From an uncultured delta proteobacterium (GTDB taxonomy: Bacteria; Desulfobacterota; BSN033; UBA1163), in the NCBI GenBank assembly GCA_963708295.1, contig CAVPSJ010000016.1, forward strand, positions 87,408-151,407: DNA of 64,000 bases, written 5' to 3'. The notes beneath the pieces are model-generated. The model was not told the DNA's origin and made no database searches. It worked only from the letters and a program-made list of their open reading frames with translations. Every line of letters starts with the position of its first letter. The first letter of the stretch is position 1. The position numbers and the translations under genes were made by a program. Positions 32,101-41,174 of the stretch are shown here, piece after piece.

Positions 32101-33009
32101 TTATTTCAAAAATCCAGAAGCCTTGAGGTCCTCCAGGAGTTTCTTCGTCTCCTCCGCTGTCAGGGGAGCCAAAGGAGATCGAGGGGGACCGCCATAAAAG
32201 CCTGCAAAGTCCATGGCTGCCTTCACCCCTGCGACGCCGAATTTTCCGGAGACCTTTTGATTCAGCTCCATGAGCTGAAATTGTAGCTCGCGACCCTCTT
32301 TGAGCTGGCCGTTGACCCCTAAGTCATAGAGCTTGCAACAGGGCTCTGGAAAAGCATCAGCCAGGGAAAGGACCCCTCCCACTGCGCCCATGAGCAATCC
32401 TGTAAAAAAGAAATTCGCAGACCCGGCGAGAAGGGAGAACCTGGGTTTGGCGTTTAGGATATAGGCGCTGAGATTCCCCGGAGAGCTGTCTTTCATCCCG
32501 ACGATTTTTGGGTGAGAGGAGACCTCTTTGATCACAGCCGTAGAGAGGGTAACGCCGGTCACACCCGGATTGTTGTAGAGGAGAACGGGGATGGGAGATT
32601 GATCTGCCACCTGGACGAAGTGCTGAATCAGGATCTTGTCCGTCATCTTCTTAGCAAAGAAGAACGGGGTGATGAGGCTTCCGTAATGGGCGCCGATCTC
32701 TGCTGCCTGGTGACAGAGTTCAATGGAGACCTTAGTCGACTCCGCGCCGGTTCCCGCCATAATGACTTTCCCGGGCGAGGCCGTTTTGACGACCGTTTTG
32801 AGCACTTCCATCTGCTCATGGCTGGAGAGGCTGCGGAACTCACCGTTCGTCCCCAATACCAGATAGCCACGAAGTCTGCTTGGATTGAGCCTCTGAATAT
32901 TGGAGGTGAGTTTTTCCAAAAGAAGATCGCCCTGTTCATGAAATGGAGTGGTGATCGGAGCGAAGACTCCCGAAAGCTTTTCTCGATGCATGGATTCGTT
33001 CTCTTTCAT
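32101..33009 (-). CDS. DapA/class I aldolase family protein (HOGA/KDG-aldolase-like)
   Basis: TTPF, GTNGE, LYNNP, GMKDSS. Confidence 0.9.
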   Translation of the reverse strand: MKENESMHREKLSGVFAPITTPFHEQGDLLLEKLTSNIQRLNPSRLRGYLVLGTNGEFRSLSSHEQMEVLKTVVKTASPGKVIMAGTGAESTKVSIELCHQAAEIGAHYGSLITPFFFAKKMTDKILIQHFVQVADQSPIPVLLYNNPGVTGVTLSTAVIKEVSSHPKIVGMKDSSPGNLSAYILNAKPRFSLLAGSANFFFTGLLMGAVGGVLSLADAFPEPCCKLYDLGVNGQLKEGRELQFQLMELNQKVSGKFGVAGVKAAMDFAGFYGGPPRSPLAPLTAEETKKLLEDLKASGFLK

Positions 33010-33133
33010 CGTTTGAAAACCCTTTCTTTTATGGCTCGGTTCAAAAGTAATATGACCGCCTGGCAGTCTGACAATTTATTGAAATCCTCGCCTCTTGTCA
33101 ATAGAAAAGGAGAGAGGATTTCGAGTCACCCAT

Positions 33134-33307
33134 CAGTCCATCATTGTATGGAAATTGGAGACTGAATCATTTCTTCCTTACCTTTACAAAACGAAGGCAT
33201 ACCCCTCTTTGGCAAATGGTTCGACTTGCTCACCATCCTGAGCTTGTCGATGGAGAGGGGTTAGGGGAGATTTTCAGAAGAAGATGTCTTTTCAATGATG
33301 GACTCCC
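33134..33307. repeat. MITE of the 28171 family with a nested hairpin
   Basis: CAGTCCATCATTG...CCCCTCTTTGGCAAA-[TGGTTCGACTTGCTCACCATCCTGAGCTTGTCGATGG]-AGAGGGG...TCAATGATGGACTC. Confidence 0.65.
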
Positions 33308-33310
33308 GGC

Positions 33311-34924
33311 TCAACCGATTTTTCCTAGGACTTCCTCTTTTTTCCCCTGACTCAGGACCTTACCCTTTTGAAGACGCATGACATGGGTCACGCAATCCAG
33401 TATCTCCTCCTTGTGATTCGTCACGTAAAGAAGGTTGGTTTGGGTGTGGCCGATTCGTTCCAGAATGTCCAGGACCCTTTTTCGATTCGGGATGTCCAAT
33501 CCGTGACAAGGTTCGTCCACAATCAGAAGCGCCGGCGACTTCACCATGGCCCGCGCCAGGAGGATCATCCGCCTTTGTCCGTAAGAAAGGTGATGAAAAG
33601 GCTGATGGGCAATATCCTCGATACAAAGAAGCCGGATCCATCGGTCGACGGCCTTCTTCTGGTCTTCGGTCGGATATTGATACAATCCGATGGAATCATA
33701 GAATCCCGAGGCGATCACGTCGTAAGCGCTCATCTTCTTACGGTATTGAACCTGCAATTCCGACGAAACCGCCCCGATCCTCTTTTTGATTTCCCATAAG
33801 GTTTCCCCGGTTCCCTTTTGCTTTCCGAACAGGATCACTTGATTGGCATAGCCTTGGAGATTATCTCCGAGGATCAGCTTCAGGATCGTCGATTTTCCGG
33901 ATCCATTGGGCCCGACGATCGCCCAGTTTTCACCCCGCCTCATCATCCAGTTCAGACGATTGAGGACCGGGAGGCCCTGATATTGGACGGTCGTATCCCT
34001 CATCTCAATCAGAATATCGGGCAGGACTTCGGGCAGAATGCCGGGTTCATTTAAGTTCCCTCCGTCGGCCCTCGGGGCCGTCGCCATGGACTTGCTTTCG
34101 TCCTTCCCAAAAGAAACCAGGTAAGTCCCGTTGTTTCGCTCCAGCTCGAGCGGGCATCCGTAGAGTTGGCTGATGTTTTCAGAGGTCAGCAGGTATTCCT
34201 TCGGCCCTTGCATAAAAAGCTGACCCTCTTTAATGAACAGCACGTGGGTGATACGGGATAGGATCTCTTCCAGTCGATGGGACACGAGAATGACCCGCAC
34301 CGACCCAGTCATGAGGTGGTTGATCGACTCGGCGAGGGACCGGCGGGCGGATTCGTCGAGTCCATCGAAAGGTTCGTCCAGGATGAGTAGCTTCGGAGCC
34401 TTAATCAATGCCCTGGCGATCAGGGTCTTGCGCATCTCGCCGGTAGACAGGGAGATAACATTCTTTTCGAGGAGAGGACCAATTTCCAGGAGGTCTGCGA
34501 TCTCACCGCACCTGGCTTCATCTTCGGCAGTCAAGGTACGGTTGGTGAGGATGCTGGAGTAGATGACATCCCGGGCGGTCGTGATTTCACCCGTTTTATT
34601 GGCGAAGGCCCGAAGATCCTCTTGCATCTCCTCGTGCTCCATCAGCCGGTGATGGGTCTCAAAGGAGACATAGCCGATCGCCTCCCTTTGGGAGAGAGGA
34701 TTCTCGGTCGTTGAGTCTGAAAAATGGAAGAAGATCTTTCCCTTCAGAAGGGGCACGCCTCCCCAGAGGGCCCGGACGAAGGTAGATTTTCCGGCTCCAT
34801 TCGGCCCCAGAATGGCCCAATGCTCATCCGAATGAATTCGCCAGGAGCTGTTTTGAAGCATTAACCGACCCTGTAGGCGGCAGGTGATGTTTTCAACGCT
34901 GATAAAAGGCCGCTTCTTAACCAT
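33311..34924 (-). CDS. Tandem-domain ABC ATPase, ModF-like
   Basis: GPNGAGKS, LSTGE and LDEP in domain 1; GPNGSGKS, LSYGQ and VDEP in domain 2. Confidence 0.85.
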   Translation of the reverse strand: MVKKRPFISVENITCRLQGRLMLQNSSWRIHSDEHWAILGPNGAGKSTFVRALWGGVPLLKGKIFFHFSDSTTENPLSQREAIGYVSFETHHRLMEHEEMQEDLRAFANKTGEITTARDVIYSSILTNRTLTAEDEARCGEIADLLEIGPLLEKNVISLSTGEMRKTLIARALIKAPKLLILDEPFDGLDESARRSLAESINHLMTGSVRVILVSHRLEEILSRITHVLFIKEGQLFMQGPKEYLLTSENISQLYGCPLELERNNGTYLVSFGKDESKSMATAPRADGGNLNEPGILPEVLPDILIEMRDTTVQYQGLPVLNRLNWMMRRGENWAIVGPNGSGKSTILKLILGDNLQGYANQVILFGKQKGTGETLWEIKKRIGAVSSELQVQYRKKMSAYDVIASGFYDSIGLYQYPTEDQKKAVDRWIRLLCIEDIAHQPFHHLSYGQRRMILLARAMVKSPALLIVDEPCHGLDIPNRKRVLDILERIGHTQTNLLYVTNHKEEILDCVTHVMRLQKGKVLSQGKKEEVLGKIG

Positions 34925-35194
34925 CGATTACCCTAACCTTGTACAGCCATCACTTGAAATCCCAAGCGTTAAACCCCAAACTCCGGATAAGTTCCAACCG
35001 CCAATGACCTAAACTCTTCTGTTTGGGGATTTGGTTATGGGTGCTTATTTGGAGTTTGGCCTGCCTGCGCGTAGCCCCGCCTTGCAGGGCGAAGGCAGGA
35101 GCTTGGGATTTGATGCTTATGATTCCCTTGAGTAAAGCACTGTCAACATTTTCCCCTGAGGATCGGGAGAAGGGGAAAGCGGGGTCTCCTGGGA

Positions 35195-36253
35195 TCAGGC
35201 TTCTCTTTTCCAGTTTTCAGGACGGAGGTCTCTGACCTTCTTGCCGGCTTCCCACATTTCCGAACTTCCCATCTCCGCAAGCTCGGCATTCAGCTTTTCC
35301 CGATAGTCCGGCTGACTGTTCCTTTCGAGCACAATCTTGGCTTCTGTGCCGTTGGCAACGCTTTCGTAGAGCTGGGAGAACAAGGGGGCAACGGCTTCTC
35401 GAAACCTTCCCTTCCAATCCAGAGCCCCTCGCTGGGCCGTCGTGCTGCAGTTGGCGTAAAGCCAGTCCATGCCCTTCTCTGCAGCGAGCTTGATCAGGCT
35501 CTGCGTGAACTCTTCGACGGTTTCATTAAAGGCTTCACTGGGAGTGTGGCCATGTTTTCTCAACTCGTTATACTGGGCCTCCATGATACCGGCAATGGCG
35601 CCCATCAATACCCCTCGCTCGCCCACCAGATCGCTATAGACTTCGCTCTTAAAAGTCGTCTCGAAGAGATAGCCCGATCCCATGGCGATGCCCAAAGCGA
35701 GGGTCTTTTCTTCAGCCCTTCCCGTGTAATCCTGGAAGACGGCAAAGCTGCTGTTGATCCCGCTTCCCTCCAGGAAGTTACGCCGAACGGAGAGCCCAGA
35801 GCCTTTTGGGGCCACCAGGACGACATCGATATCTTTTGGAGGGATCACCCCGGTCAGGTCTTTATAGGTGATCGAAAAACCATGGGAAAAGAATAAGGTT
35901 TTCCCTTTCGTGAGATGAGGTTTCAGTTTCGGCCAGAAGGTCTTCTGCCCCGCATCGGAGAGGAGGTACTCAATGACCGTCCCTTTCGCAGCGGCCTCCT
36001 CAAGGGGATAGAGTGTGACACCGGGTACCCAGCCGTCTTTAAGGGCTTTATCCCATGAGGATGTATTCTTGCGCTGTCCGACGATCACGCGGATCCCATT
36101 ATCTCTCATGTTGAGACTCTGTCCCGGGCCCTGTACACCGTATCCAAGGACAGCGACGGTGTCCCCTTTGAGGACCTCTTGTGCCCTCGAAAGAGGAAAT
36201 TCTTCACGGGTCACTACCCTTTCTTCGACTCCACCAAAGTTAATCCTTGCCAT
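35195..36253 (-). CDS. ilvC: Ketol-acid reductoisomerase
   Basis: GYGVQGPGQ, FSHGF, VAPKGSG, SDLVGERGVLMG, CSTTAQRGA. Confidence 0.95.
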   Translation of the reverse strand: MARINFGGVEERVVTREEFPLSRAQEVLKGDTVAVLGYGVQGPGQSLNMRDNGIRVIVGQRKNTSSWDKALKDGWVPGVTLYPLEEAAAKGTVIEYLLSDAGQKTFWPKLKPHLTKGKTLFFSHGFSITYKDLTGVIPPKDIDVVLVAPKGSGLSVRRNFLEGSGINSSFAVFQDYTGRAEEKTLALGIAMGSGYLFETTFKSEVYSDLVGERGVLMGAIAGIMEAQYNELRKHGHTPSEAFNETVEEFTQSLIKLAAEKGMDWLYANCSTTAQRGALDWKGRFREAVAPLFSQLYESVANGTEAKIVLERNSQPDYREKLNAELAEMGSSEMWEAGKKVRDLRPENWKREA

Positions 36254-36427
36254 AGGCAGTCCTCCTAGAATGATAGAAAGTAATCATTACATTTTAATGC
36301 ATTTGTCGAGTTAAAGCAATCATTTCCAAAAGTTCTGGATTTTTCTTGGAATTTCGAGTAGGATGATATAGGTATCGAAATACCGTATTTCAGGATAGAT
36401 GGAGAGTAACTTGAAGGAGACTTTGAA

Positions 36428-37711
36428 ATGAAAAGAAAGAAATCGGTGGGACTTTACCAGAGGGCATTGGGATTAATTTCGGGAGGAGTGAACAGCCCGG
36501 TCAGAGCTTTCAGAGCCGTTGGCATCTCACCCGTGTTCATTGATCGTGCGAAGGGGGCAAAGATTTGGGATATCGACGGGAATGAGTACATCGACTACGT
36601 CGGATCCTGGGGTCCAATGATTTTAGGACATGCTCACCCGAAAGTGATTGCGGCACTCAAAAAGATGGCCCCCAAAGGTACAAGTTTTGGGGCTCCGACG
36701 CCTCTGGAAGTCGAGCTTGCCATCAAAGTGAAGAACGCCTTCCCTTCGATGGAGTTGTTGAGGATGGTGAGTTCCGGCACAGAGGCAGTGATGAGTGCGA
36801 TTCGGGTGGCCAGGGGATTTACGGGAAGAGATAAGATTCTCAAATTCGAAGGCTGTTATCACGGTCACGGTGACAGTCTCCTGGTAAAGGCAGGTTCCGG
36901 AGCGACCACCTTCGGAATTCCGGACAGCCTCGGAGTCCCTGAAGACCTGGCGAAACATACTCTCACGGCATCCTATAATGATCTGGAAAGCGTCAGAACG
37001 TTAGTAGATCGGTATCCGGAACAGATCGCGTGTATCATTGTGGAGCCTGTGGCAGGGAATATGGGCGTGATCCTTCCTGAGCGAGGATTTTTGGAAGGAT
37101 TGAGAAAGATCTGCGATGAGCAGGGGAGCCTGCTTCTTTTTGACGAAGTGATTACAGGATTTCGGATCGCCCATGGAGGGGCTCAGGAGGTTTACGGGAT
37201 AAAACCAGATCTGACCTGCCTCGGGAAGATTATCGGAGGCGGTCTTCCTGTAGGGGCTTATGGCGGGAAAGAGAAGATCATGGAGACGGTGTCTCCTCTC
37301 GGAGGGGTCTATCAAGCGGGGACACTCTCGGGAAACCCCCTCGCCATGGCAGCCGGTCTCGAGACATTAAAGCTCCTCAGGGCCAAAAAGGTTTATAAGG
37401 ACCTGGAGAAAAAGACCACCACCTTGACCGAGGCCCTGTCCAGAAGTGCTGAGGAGAAGGGCATCCCCGTCACCATCAACCGAACGACGGGGTTGTTCAC
37501 CCTCTTTTTTACGGAAGGGCCGGTGAGAGATTATCAAACGGCCAAAACGAGCAATACGAAGCGATTCGCCCAATTCTTTGTCGAGATGATGGAGCAGGGG
37601 ATCTATCTTCCACCCTCCCAATTCGAAGCCTGGTTCCTCTCTTTGGCACATACCCAGAAGGATCTGGATAAGACCATCGAAGCTTGTGATATCGCCTTCA
37701 AAAAGATTTGA
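36428..37711 (+). CDS. hemL: Glutamate-1-semialdehyde 2,1-aminomutase
   Basis: GGVNSPVRAF, SSGTEA, FDEVITGFR, GKIIGGGLP, YQAGTLSGNP, PSQFEA. Confidence 0.97.
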   Translation: MKRKKSVGLYQRALGLISGGVNSPVRAFRAVGISPVFIDRAKGAKIWDIDGNEYIDYVGSWGPMILGHAHPKVIAALKKMAPKGTSFGAPTPLEVELAIKVKNAFPSMELLRMVSSGTEAVMSAIRVARGFTGRDKILKFEGCYHGHGDSLLVKAGSGATTFGIPDSLGVPEDLAKHTLTASYNDLESVRTLVDRYPEQIACIIVEPVAGNMGVILPERGFLEGLRKICDEQGSLLLFDEVITGFRIAHGGAQEVYGIKPDLTCLGKIIGGGLPVGAYGGKEKIMETVSPLGGVYQAGTLSGNPLAMAAGLETLKLLRAKKVYKDLEKKTTTLTEALSRSAEEKGIPVTINRTTGLFTLFFTEGPVRDYQTAKTSNTKRFAQFFVEMMEQGIYLPPSQFEAWFLSLAHTQKDLDKTIEACDIAFKKI

Positions 37712-37812
37712 TCTTTGAATGATCCAGATGCCTCCACTTTTGCCGTAACGAGTTCCATCGGTGTCGGCTACCCCACAATCTAAGGATCAATCATTACTGG
37801 GATGAAATGTGC

Positions 37813-37844
37813 AAAAAGGCAGGCTCTTTCTGATCCTGCCTTTT
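37813..37844. terminator. Probable bidirectional intrinsic terminator
   Basis: AAAAGGCAGG-loop-CCTGCCTTTT between convergent genes. Confidence 0.6.
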
Positions 37845-37914
37845 CCCTATCTCTCTTGCTGCACTCGGCTTTACTTCTTTAAGAACCCCTCTCTCCGCCC
37901 CTGCCTATGGATCC

Positions 37915-38178
37915 TTAATCATCATCACCGCCATCATCATAATCCCCGTCATCATCATCATCATTCTCATCGTAAGGAAGTACAGGCACCATCTTTGCAA
38001 CTACGGCTCTGCAAGGAGATGAGGTGCCTATCAAACTTTCGTTACATTTATGGAAGAAAAGTAAACTCCCCGCTTTTTCGTCTCCATTTTCATATGCCCT
38101 TACGATTGATACAAGGACTATAAACATCAAGACCATCATGAGAATTACCAGCTTTTTCATGGCGTCCTTATCGAGCAA
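37915..38178 (-). CDS. Small secreted hypothetical protein with an Asp-rich tail
   Basis: MKKLVILMMVLM signal-like N-terminus; tail YDENDDDDGDYDDGGDDD. Confidence 0.55.
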   Translation of the reverse strand: MLDKDAMKKLVILMMVLMFIVLVSIVRAYENGDEKAGSLLFFHKCNESLIGTSSPCRAVVAKMVPVLPYDENDDDDDGDYDDGGDDD

Positions 38179-38704
38179 AAATGATTATGAGCCTTTGAGT
38201 AACTTTTTGCTCTCACACAATTGTCACTAATCCAAGCCCCAGTGTGTTTGAGTAAATTTACTAACCCCTCTGTCCAGATAAAGAAAAGATACAAGATACT
38301 ACTACCTAATCAAACTACCTTACCATAAATCAATTGTCAAGAATTTCTCCCGAAGAATAGAATCACCTAACCACTTGTAAAATCAAATAAAATGGCACAA
38401 GTGATTTTTCGGGGAACCCTTCTCTCTAAGCGCTGATTTCCGATGTCGAAGAGGATTTGATTCTTCAATGGATTACCGGTTGGAATGTGGCAATACAAAG
38501 GGTTTTTGAAAAATAACGAGTTAGGAAGGAAGATATGTGGCCTTATTCCACAGAAGGGGATATCCCCTCCTCATGGAGGGGTAAGTTTTTTCAGGCAAAC
38601 CAACTTTGACCTGGATGACAATTGTGTGAAACTTAGGATTTCGGCAGGAATTGGACAAAAAAGAAGGACCGCATAGGTCCTTCTCCCGACCTTATTCTTT
38701 TAGT

Positions 38705-40123
38705 TTACCGGTGGCCTCCTCCACCTCCCCCCTCCATGACCTCCTCCGCCGGAGCCTCCAAAGCCCCCGCCGCCTTGGGAATTTCCAGAGAAACCGCCAC
38801 CTCCTCCTTGACCTCCCCCGTGAGAACCCCCGAAGCCGCTACCGCCATGGAAGCCTCCGGAGTAACCACCACTACGAAAACCGCCAGAGGAACTTTGTCC
38901 GCCCGTAGAAGGCGCACTAAAAGTCCTGCCTGATGGGCTGCTGAAGCTTCTGCTACTGGATGACCCGCCTGAGCCCGTCCGTGCGCCTTGGAAGTTTCCG
39001 GAGTAACCACCACTACGAAAACCGCCAAAGGAACTTCGTCCGCCCGTAGAAGGCGCACTAAAAGTCCTGCCTGATGGGCTGCTGAAGCTTCTGCTAAAAG
39101 ACCTACCGGAGCCTGTGGATGGGTTTTGGAAACCTCGATATTGTCTGCCCGTATTGCCAGGCTGACTCAATCCCTTACCGTTCGCACTTCGGTTGAGAGA
39201 TTGAGGTAGCGCCCACTCTGGCCGCCGGGGATGCAAACCCACGGGAACCTGTTCCCCCAGAGGTGCGTGTTGCAGCCGTTCCTCTCGTCCTCGTTGTCGG
39301 ATCAACCCTAAGAGAGGCACGGGTCGTCGGGTCGACGAAGTGATTGAGTGATGGAGTGATGACCATGATGGTGATGAAAATCGTTCAGGATAAAAAAACC
39401 AGGGAAGAAGAAACCAGAACACCAGAATGGGTAGGGAACCCATCCGTAAAGGTAGTTATAATCCCAGGGCGGTGGATAATAAGTAACTACCGGAGGACCT
39501 TCATCGTAGTAGTATTCGTCAATTACCGTAGGCGGAACAAATTCACTGCTTGTCGGAGGCTGACTTTCGGCGTACTGACCAGGCGCAATAGCTAAACCAA
39601 ACTCAGCGGTCAGGCCCTCTAATGCCCGCAAAGCCTCATCTTCTCCCATGGATAACTTCTTTGAGGCTGCGGCGGCAACCACAGCATTTCGCACCTGACC
39701 GATAATGATGGGTGTCATCGGATAATCGGCAATCCACCCGTTTTTGGGTACGACACCAACTGTGGCCAACATACTCTCAGCTTCCGCCTCACCCTTAGCT
39801 TGCCCTATCTTGAGTACTTCAGCCAGTTTGAAAGCAAAGTCTCCCTCACGAATCAGGGTCTGAGCAATTGGAGGGGCCTGCTTTCCCGCCTCCCCTTGCT
39901 GTGTATTAACCGCCACCTTTCCAGGAGGGGTTTGGGAAGGGATTGAGGATCCCTTTTGGGCTACATTCACTATTTCAATCTTACTACGATACGCAGAAGG
40001 GACCCTACTCTCGTCGTCCGTAAAGTTCACTACGCCTTCTTTGTCGACCCATTTGTAAATAGCTGCCGATGCAGAAGAAGCGAAAATGAATGAGAATAAT
40101 AGGGCAGCAATAAGTTTTTTCAT
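38705..40123 (-). CDS. DUF4124-domain secreted protein with a Gly/Ser-rich tail, at least two frameshifts
   Basis: Signal peptide then IYKWVDKEGVVNFTD; YYPPP/YGWVPYPFW segment; tail continues in ORF 38700-39443. Confidence 0.7.
38856..39096. repeat. 100-bp direct repeat with a 141-bp period
   Basis: 38856-38955 versus 38997-39096, two mismatches seen; encodes SRSFSSPSGRTFSAPSTGG...GGFRSGGYSG twice. Confidence 0.85.
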
Positions 40124-40436
40124 TTTTCCCCCGCTTACCTTGAAGTTAGGTATTGGCTTATTTTGCCCGCACCTTGCACCTCACGAACACCTTCCTCTAA
40201 ATTCTTAGACGTTTCATTCAAGTTTTTATTCAAGATTTCACCGTGTCGATCGCATGGATCCCGCTTTGCTCCTTCTGGGGTTGATAATATAAGAAATGAA
40301 TCTTTTGTCAATACCAAAAATGAGGTTGTGAAAAGGAATAGGCCAAGAAACCTTCAGAATATTTCCTCATCTTTGCCTCATGTAAATGACTTTGTCGCTT
40401 TCCTTATTTTCTCACCCTCTTTTCTTCAGAAGCAGT

Positions 40437-40646
40437 TCACCAAGCAAGGAGGGTATAAGTATGAGGGTATAACCGTGTGAAATTCTGTTGCGGGCGATTT
40501 AGGTCAGCCGGATATTGCGGGCGATTTAGGTCAGCCAGTGCCTTGCTGCCATAGTAGTATAAAGCTGGCCGGTGCCAGGCCAAGTTGGAATTGGCGCAGC
40601 CGACAAGAGTCAGAAGCAGAAGTGATACAAATAATATTCTCATAAT
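40437..40646 (-). CDS. Small putative lipoprotein with a duplicated ADLNRPQ motif
   Basis: MRILFVSLLLLTLVGC lipobox; 22-bp repeat at 40488-40509 and 40515-40536. Start uncertain. Confidence 0.5.
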   Translation of the reverse strand: MMRILFVSLLLLTLVGCANSNLAWHRPALYYYGSKALADLNRPQYPADLNRPQQNFTRLYPHTYTLLAW

Positions 40647-41174
40647 TTCAACACCTTTCCCATTTTTTGCCAGCCTTTGGAAGCTGGTCGTCATCAACAA
40701 TATAGATGTACGATCAATGTACGATCATAGGTTCCTTTTAGCATTAGTATCCCAAAAGGAATGGGTTCTGTCTATAAGACCTTAGTCCTATACCGCAAAA
40801 GACACAGGTAATGCAGAATTATCACGGAGAGAACAAAGGGATTATGAGTGATGAGAACTTGCTCCGAGACGGGTTGAATATTCAAAAAAGAATCTAGTAT
40901 TTTGAGAAAGGTCGATCACAAGCTATGACAGTCCCCTCCGTATACTTTTGAGCGCCAACCGGGCAAGAAGAAGGACATTCATGATTACCAAATTCAAATC
41001 ATGCATACCTGGTCAAAAAGCTGGATTGTTGACTTCAGAAAGTTATCTTCGGAAACCTCCCTCTTATTTTTTCGTATCTTCCGACACCAAACTTAAAACG
41101 TCTCTTCATTGACCGGCCTATCGTAATTTAGTAGAATTTCATAGTCGAATGAAACGGTTTAAAGTCGTCCTTAA

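Noticed and set aside
37809-38123. His-rich ORF on the plus strand
   Set aside because: Shadow of the GAT-rich Asp tail of the minus-strand ORF.
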